64,000 nt of DNA from the NCBI GenBank assembly GCA_030698625.1, contig JAUYMS010000017.1, positions 12,962 through 76,961 on the forward strand. The letters run 5' to 3'. Origin of the DNA: Candidatus Omnitrophota bacterium. GTDB taxonomy: Bacteria > Omnitrophota > Omnitrophia > Omnitrophales > Aquincolibacteriaceae. The first letter of the stretch is position 1. Each line of letters opens with the position of its first letter. The notes under the pieces were generated by a model, which worked only from the letters and a program-made list of their open reading frames with translations, had not been told where the DNA came from and searched no databases. A program made the position numbers and the translations under genes. Positions 62,201-64,000 of the stretch are shown piece by piece.

Positions 62201-64000
62201 ACATGTCAACGCCGGAGGCGCGGGGGCGCGCGCTGCGGGCCGCCGTTGAAGAAACCGCCGCAGGACGGGTGATAAGAGATGCCCTGGAGAATATGGGCAT
62301 CACCTCACCTAACCCGGGAGAATCCATGCTCGATGAATTTTCGGGCGGCCCTATCGATGATGACCTCGCCTTCCAACTCTTAGAGGACTTAGAGGGCGGC
62401 GCCGCTGATGAGCATATCCTTATCCCATTCGAAGAATTAGACGCGGAGCCCGATTTCGAAGAGGTGCCCGCAGTTACAGGGCCCGAATTGGCCCTTGCGC
62501 AGAGAATGGAAAAACAGATCCTTGCGATTCTGAACATCCCCAGCCCGACTCGGGCGGCCGTTCTACAGGACCTAGTTGAAAAAATCGCAACGCTGCTGAA
62601 CCCGCGCATTATTGCGCGAGTTCCGGAATCGATTCTCATTAACATCTCGGGGCGCTTACAGCGGGCACAGGAAACACCCGGTTTTAAGAAATATAGCCGC
62701 GCGCTTCAGGGCATGGTGGACAAAGTGAAAGCGAGGCTGGAAGAAGTCAAAGCGGCAAAACGGACGGCTGGCGAAAGGAGACCCTCCGCCGGGGCGGTCC
62801 TTGCCGGCGCAAGCGCGGCCCTAACCCGGGGAATCGGTTTGAAGCCGAATCGGCGACACATTTTTGCGGTCGAGACGATGCAGGACGGAGACGACCGCAC
62901 CCAGGTTTTTATTGCTGCCAGGGTGCAGAATGGGAAGGTCAGCCTCTTTCGGGAAACGACGCGCCTCGTTGCGGAAGTCGATAAGGTGCAAGATATGATA
63001 ACCGTCGCCGACGGTGAAGGAAATCCGCACCTCATTTCCGTCGTAAAGCGCGGAGTGAACTCGGTGCTTTATCTGGATTCTGATGAGGTCAAGGGAGACT
63101 TTGAAGAGGTGGGGCATGTCGCACCTCTGGTGGATAAACGAGGCCGAGTGCAGGTTTACTTTACGGCGAAGAAAAACGGGACGTGGGAGCTTTACCGAAA
63201 TGCAGTCAAACTGATGGCGAGCGCCGATGATATTCAAAAACCGGTGGTCCTGCTTGACGGAAACGGCAATGAACATGTCGTTGTGCCGCGCGCCTCCAGG
63301 ACGACTTCCGTCGAGATGATCGATTTTCTCATCCAAACACGGCCGAAAACTGACGAGCCGGCCGAAGAAGAACTCTATAACGAAAAACAGGTCCTCGCGA
63401 GCGGCTTTAAGAGATTCGGAAAACCGGCCGTGGGGCTGGATACGAACGGCAGGATCCGCATTGTCTTTACCGGGACCAAAGAAAAGGGGAGCGGGTCCGA
63501 TCGCACCGAAGTCTGGAGCCTCTTTGACGGTGAAAACGAGATCCTCAAAGGGAGTGCGTTCATCGGTGACCCGGTCGCTGCGAATGATAAAACCGGGAAA
63601 TTTATTTATTATTATGTCGCCAAAGAGACGGGTTTTATAATGAGAAGCGAAACGTATGCCCTCTATAAGGACGAGGGGTACGGCCCCGTGAAGACGGCGG
63701 CGGGATTTTCAGACATGCAACCGCCCGTGCTCATTCCGGCGGCGAGGGGAGGAGTCGAAGGTTATTTTACCGGCCGCAAGAAGAGCGCCTTCGGTATCTA
63801 TGATGAAAGTGGGGCCCTCGCCAGGGGTTTCGGAGAAGGGCTCGTCGAGGTTGCCGGTATGGGTGCGGATGTCGTGACGCGGGATGACACGGATACCCAG
63901 AAAACGGCCGCAGACACGCTCCTGCTGCGGCAGCGCGTGCAATCGTTGATCGGACGTCTAAGACCCAAAGAGATGCACGCAGGCTGGAAGACATTTTTTG
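48511..64000 (+). CDS. Giant multidomain protein 3, 5' partial (more than 5163 aa; continues beyond the window end)
   Basis: Open in one frame from the GTG at 48511 to position 64000; the frame was verified at six widely spaced points. The N-terminus VQKDYSYFQRVVALVTALVFFTTSVVEWSYASAAP...HVFVIEDAHT aligns with genes 1 and 2. The alternative TTG at 48415 is less likely. Confidence 0.85.
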   Translation, partial: MQKDYSYFQRVVALVTALVFFTTSVVEWSYASAAPTPETHLQFISELGIPADIATVRDSFGDFSEKGDHVFVIEDAHTNYDAQTNTKALLEYLQTKLNIHHAYVEGAAAPLAPERIRFYEDEATNVRLAGELAKKGEVTGIELFLLEHGNHFQANGVEDLGMYAENLALYRRVLGAKAESVELLKILRSQTERIISRLFGARLREIVRQWMAFREQRMDLDQWIPELERAARDLVHVDFEDPMAQLKWPQLVRLYRLKQLEQDIDTEKMEQELIRVEVLMKAAGQEGLAQEFRQLLTVEGEPELRLRRAMEDLYRRMQPLGFSFNAYPALRNFTAVTIFRREMNALEMMTELERLVDTLMETLAVTDAEKEFLPFIKRLYLLENALTLTLTREQWDQLGDEVRPEALLDELSRHSRNLAIEGLDEESLNKRYARVFNLTESVKRFYETARARERVLVKNTLAGMKSEGINNAVMIAGGFHTDGIAALLREAGVSHLVLSPNIRNIKDDEQDYYCMMTGRCDTAVPVLHTGLNSAAIHRESAGLRAYRYRLRRIVETIVGLGIGSLEDDRERVLRSFGLLADRSELRDQPVPTDAVEDHLIKPVLNRLQASHPDVAANLKLNITFEGEANIFWAKNMTKPVAIYSEVLDIGPRTASLAIDSRLRSAFIEASNSGNPLFAAAAEDALLLLVLREAIALNSPHVSDTLNLPVAIAFTSFLEQSMSFKELSSRLALEHVSDWEDYFKQVIGILDAAAPEFRLATLHRLWMEQAAGHQTLGDIDEIINFVSKEGGVDMGSDVVTMTVSEGLASASANRRAVLESRKRILLRELAAMQQGPARFRGVGSLVPWDLPAEDGYNLAGEPQGLFSQDGKYVALGLRYEQGDSGLSGVSDGDLVTEGASNGIMNQVVLYGVLHDAQSHIVDDVREYRTIPAEALTRFAEITGLVMSSDNQLLVVSGPARDGGKTLVSVFNISGKLQLKDGQAVDGEVYDELRTLEFDETPDFVEIAADNYALFVGLGKELRRYEFIMDEAEISGLKAPVIGKTATYEVKAAAEIPEAVPLLARLKFVEGKSPELSLRHDGNVAEAMIQMLSSIPIAALSDGSAVLAVSASKALMMGLQAETVGSLAVAEAIQARVRVIETEIAAIDAPQRSELRTADFDPEKHPATIEITSYYTSRDHLRMALAIGNAELYTQALGESIHFAKKAMDLIDHRGEVQTIVSYLRTKQDVPFQRDTIGDTFEITRVQEDKFSREEQEMIEVETQKFLKALGFQGSVAEDLAREIMLVSYPLSLANMMPPTIEGAEFQPEMTREIGKSLHQFVFAESLTLGGAVVVNPSLAKDITIQILQKNDPIAFKGSFLHEVVHFLALKNALPFDVSRELVTQAITTAVFLTEAGSLEPILSQIPEDMQEWRILYETVVSWGETAAEQGHRIKRPEELDSMVRDFIETRVPEIMNMPYAKYNDFVDRLSGVYLGAFAAKTKALDPKTNLYKFIVDYGIRHLPRVRNNAFTRSLTQRDHAFIQEVMKTLSAVAQVTIPDGRITFKEQSMKETQERGLGRMVYDADKHVIYYLPWDIVEFGKDASVGHLLQEIFRYQHTYDGEIEEAYDHTAFRLLFSVAESARVVALGLAEFPERLIDIEAFYERKLRILDLEIEKDRMAEQPKFVQYVEGLFYALAKSGDPENPEWDPRIVTDIVKEALNDTFAVVAEAMAAEGPTAGRYFYEVIRDQVWPVVERLLELDKKEALEQELENQTMSQMIENGDFEIVEAPPSEGEPSPMPLPPGAKLKINISPGSTAGAIDMKDLSPEARAALEEAMKKFMENMDDEQKKKFEEAARQALENSLEDAVDGMAPITSGMDGELPGQGKFKPGRGSPQVPGRGDVSTDALGELYQDLEEAEDQANRISQQADAIEAEAARVIQEALDAARQAAEIDREGEGDKAKALEMEKALAGLAQQLKNLRAEANRFHDMADDVEAKIDDVRDDPDLDQDQVQEIRDRVDDLQGKALEIDDDAAGADKDGQQAVKSGDEMKDMMERDPDRTNFIKGRAKRVQETLEDAKGRLDEVQKDAQEAAAQSGDLKGETRAMRQGVVQNAPMEVEESPVPDISVDDGLEDAPGEGGVGAGGGDPGGHIKIKMPNRSRPGKKRRRKQAQKKGLQPEKVRKHTVDPRVAESLRELLQDEAFQAPEKPFDIDDFYTATEPGDVSPDQRHIYDMIRNLSRSHEATIRDAILSVLDELESTEDIPRQKKGRLDGRRLAVVDSGIKDINKRKVTPDAPVVRVSILIDVSGSMFSDVNNLQVIPPVSDEYLEQALKTKNRITNAVRTALLFMEAFRNEERVELEIGLFAARQKIILRFGEEITDAKAYEVIRTILNHGLGGDNTDLAGLQMMVNSQREREAEMGPASKIVVIIADGGINYTDALGLQTTMQNNTDMAFLPRGIGPASANVKGAYAPFGKEVDDVTKLAKGLGDDVLNEIERLRPTGGDDRSELRVMHPVIVRPERFETDNFKVVREGKDEFLVVKGGRYPTFKAKVDKGGRNVPDEDLYETETNVADVVQIIKHVRNQDLDRSPLYIEGEAGTAKNKKVYYAAKLLRKATRYMAMHDDIHDDDLTERRGVNEKEEGKTDWIPSPLVEAMMNGDWIILDEVNKAKTTVLQKLNQIIQSRRVVLHDGTVVTAKPGFAVIMMANPPPSSGDAKVYSVQKISAEIMDRLRYMKIDYLPRHEELQLLFHILMKKRGLKTASSIPNVDKEMVRKLVDAARIIRERYEDVDPATNLSRGRGKKVARPFSTRALVNIVEHIAAYPEERDRIRSVIKRFYSYEWEKDDQVRKVEEALNNKLPRFDEPYVFSDGDLMGPKYSTNAEGKRVLEFAGVQVELGEHAPLGMDDVPLEMRLTWTSKNLEYLRHMMMDLRAGNHMLFIGEAGTGKDTIAEYVTYLTHGPVVETFGVTKNAMAEDFIAYVGLGEGEKVAKDGLVLAVGKNETGLVPSYVVRAMLAGRPVILSEINKGKPEVFAALNNILEYGWIDLANGRRVHAEPGFVIIGTMNPPKRQYMGNYGLSGEFIDRFSTYKFDYLERDQEVDILEDFNQYIRTLPDRNFYRLKREFIEKITDMVRILRRRYDDNELPHPVSMRALKRLIVTFAEYPEIYKAEKKDTEKQTPLEKAILSSIFFHDPVHQEEVLKAMRAANVKGLRDIVEFDVSTGSQVLDAAFQQLRSNLGSIDSMIRALAEFDRLIEDNKDKIPPAIFKKAQPAYRHLVANEFPPKWGESQLADAVVVHVLQRLGGELALPVLPPINREVLRTGPLDLAAHPEFGVRFIGDMVQGIAEVTGQKQDARFLKIAGKVFLGLRKGFSAKQIVRAFERDGLKLYGTERTGDSKGGEYFAAFFGLAKDVQDAVRSNTAITEVANYEARIKVLGLSQDWVDVFAKLSRPAVNPVLAKTWRDQLITAVDLSKRDRIVRLAILLTLQILFKNSDRVFMDQVVRERIKILSRSELRSDEDSQPQQHLSIWPVQGKPAPSSGFVPVDEIDVKLVLSAALKELRTQHFALYQNLWTEINAEWGPNFLWVEGLPAPAMVYAHELDGGDRATVFALDVGLRGYLEKAYSEKNEKRKEAATEFLLMLLIGEAASLEGRPMKETRTPDLKNDLLAALTVAKHFYSVPSQAPVQQSALFAVVKEGNRFVFKRSDGPAIDLSRGLEAVNGVQFTVNEGGEPRVHFHGSGQGVWGLYDQFGRKVGPFEQIVPWPVEYPVSMRDGKGGIQTYFWVLQDGQWILYNQDGVIGDGLNDLKNTFAHVERPRLYENENGDPYILFIGQPAGSNWGLYSVTQSEGQGPVVTLFQGGFDSRRHRDFDEKESGVGYPQPLRLPDGRRSLVVQNNLQLIYRGAALGEEAIFHNRKTVKAGFEETGEPHPAADSKGRIYTFFRAKEKNPAEPNEKGLWRIYNNAVPVSAPLAEIGEPEPFFDKQEGAHALYKGRAAGDDAPWHLYQDGMPLTKAYEEIGDVRVVVTPDKEVAIIFAARTSESWGVYQQSPGAEPGTEVLHEDGFSNIRHLTVAVDERGTRRIYFTSLNDTTWAAHVDFRAVWHGPEEPSAARVMHTDDGNVDFYFEAAYSGHRALFNGDGEIAKSFGTLLDAVVAFEAVNFGREEGAVQKLKPEERGKRRRDLLAALLKELGERPAAAHMTQLLQVLRRFSGESVSGEAGITALTDHLFTQPAYQKAYQRTGQDVMATIQEVVAENRKRSELRSDGPKEPKIAPVDEINIEMLRGALDVLKAKNPDVYADIDRAVSSQYGKSYLWVQNIPGIAALYTDTLDDGEVYSSLGINVAWRGLIEAVYASLKVDAMKDLDYFLYLVLLREGRKLRGGDFNETITPNPALELRAFLSAADGYFTLGSGATERHIVMAQVHAENGKHFIRTSDGQTLQVEYNLQLDDIKNLMMAIDDVGNPHLFYTGQRPDGKMSLYDSNEALAEAYDEIKFAAGPIDRTGFVQAFYFGKRDGKWALFRNKEHLISGLEGVGAARIALDKRGDTHLFFTALKGGVWRLYRDGELYFKDAEEELADTDEPDMSTPEARGRALRAAVEETAAGRVIRDALENMGITSPNPGESMLDEFSGGPIDDDLAFQLLEDLEGGAADEHILIPFEELDAEPDFEEVPAVTGPELALAQRMEKQILAILNIPSPTRAAVLQDLVEKIATLLNPRIIARVPESILINISGRLQRAQETPGFKKYSRALQGMVDKVKARLEEVKAAKRTAGERRPSAGAVLAGASAALTRGIGLKPNRRHIFAVETMQDGDDRTQVFIAARVQNGKVSLFRETTRLVAEVDKVQDMITVADGEGNPHLISVVKRGVNSVLYLDSDEVKGDFEEVGHVAPLVDKRGRVQVYFTAKKNGTWELYRNAVKLMASADDIQKPVVLLDGNGNEHVVVPRASRTTSVEMIDFLIQTRPKTDEPAEEELYNEKQVLASGFKRFGKPAVGLDTNGRIRIVFTGTKEKGSGSDRTEVWSLFDGENEILKGSAFIGDPVAANDKTGKFIYYYVAKETGFIMRSETYALYKDEGYGPVKTAAGFSDMQPPVLIPAARGGVEGYFTGRKKSAFGIYDESGALARGFGEGLVEVAGMGADVVTRDDTDTQKTAADTLLLRQRVQSLIGRLRPKEMHAGWKTFF
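53690..54800 (+). other. Long acidic coiled-coil region followed by a Gly-rich and highly basic stretch (KKRRRKQAQKKG, about 54930-54965)
   Basis: Heptad-like, E/D/A/K-rich sequence with low complexity (…DAIEAEAARVIQEALDAARQAAEIDREGEGDKAKALEMEKALAGLAQQLKNLRAEANRFHDMADDVEAKIDD…). Confidence 0.5.
55320..55900 (+). other. von Willebrand factor A (vWA) domain with a MIDAS motif
   Basis: VRVSILIDVSGSMFSD (the DxSGS MIDAS at 55363-55377) and a later IVVIIADGG strand. Confidence 0.6.
56180..56640 (+). other. AAA_5 / MoxR-like ATPase domain 1
   Basis: Walker A IEGEAGTAKN (about 56236-56262); Walker B-like WIILDEVNKA (about 56436-56460); VVLHDGTVVTAKPGFAVIMMANPP. Confidence 0.6.
57200..57700 (+). 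other. AAA_5 / MoxR-like ATPase domain 2
   Basis: Walker A FIGEAGTGKDT (about 57271-57300); Walker B VILSEINKG (about 57508-57534); HAEPGFVIIGTMNPP. Confidence 0.65.
59600..64000 (+). repeat. Array of at least 15 degenerate repeats of about 45-50 aa, each ending in a G-x-W-x-L-Y(R/N/Q) motif (putative beta-propeller blades); interrupted by RSELR at 61228 and an acidic linker at about 62180-62480
   Basis: Examples: DKRGDTHLFFTALKGGVWRLYRDGELYF; DKRGRVQVYFTAKKNGTWELYRNAVKL; DTNGRIRIVFTGTKEKGSGSDRTEVWSLFDGENE; QGVWGLYDQFGRK; SNWGLYSVTQSEG; ESWGVYQQSPGAE. Confidence 0.55.

Noticed and set aside
1-64000. CRISPR arrays, tRNA/rRNA genes, IS/transposase or integrase genes, prophage signatures
   Set aside because: No direct-repeat/spacer periodicity, no tRNA-like cloverleaf candidates in the few intergenic regions, and no transposase, integrase or phage-protein motifs in any frame. 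The window is essentially three giant genes plus a housekeeping block.

Overview
This 64 kb window is GC-rich (about 55-60%) bacterial DNA. Roughly 86% of it is three tandem, same-strand, paralogous giant genes: 445..13536 (4363 aa), 21986..48319 (8777 aa) and 48511..>64000 (more than 5160 aa; it runs off the window, which is why the ORF track does not list it). Each giant protein starts with a signal/TM anchor followed by a shared N-terminal module of about 580-660 aa that I cannot assign. After that comes a chain of unrelated, recognisable enzyme or signalling domains. In gene 1 these are kinase-like, SAM-methyltransferase-like (x3) and HAD phosphatase domains plus membrane-embedded and HEAT-like modules. 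In gene 2 they are HAD-like, FabD-like acyltransferase, GNAT, RelA/SpoT-type HD, receiver + HD-GYP, UDP-glucose 6-dehydrogenase and pyruvate-phosphate-dikinase-like domains. In gene 3 they are vWA, two AAA_5/MoxR-like ATPases, a long acidic coiled coil and a large array of beta-propeller-like 'G-x-W-x-L-Y' repeats. The most striking feature is a pentapeptide, R-S-E-L-R (consensus x-RSELR-[ASTD]-[DE]-[DE]), that recurs at least 33 times across the three proteins at intervals of 170-900 aa. Its codons vary, so it is conserved at the protein level. Several native domain N-termini lie 5-20 residues downstream of it: the Rossmann start of the dehydrogenase, HAD motif I, the FabD start, and a Tat-like SRRGFLE signal. 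This looks like either an undescribed prokaryotic polyprotein-processing or junction motif, or a signature of modular gene fusion. Between giant genes 1 and 2 lies a compact housekeeping block: M24 aminopeptidase (minus), a Rieske ferredoxin, a split transketolase (N/C subunits overlapping by ATGA), gamma-glutamyltranspeptidase, a NUDIX hydrolase, a small lipoprotein, a BI-1/YccA membrane protein, a PEP-CTERM exosortase substrate (minus) and a MORN-repeat protein. The window opens with the 3' end of an MqnA/MqnD-family (futalosine pathway) gene. A clean bidirectional rho-independent terminator follows giant gene 1, and an AT-rich promoter island precedes each giant gene. No rRNA, tRNA, CRISPR or IS elements were detected. 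Giant genes, split transketolase and PEP-CTERM sorting together suggest a candidate-phylum bacterium such as Omnitrophota/PVC-like, but this is inference only.
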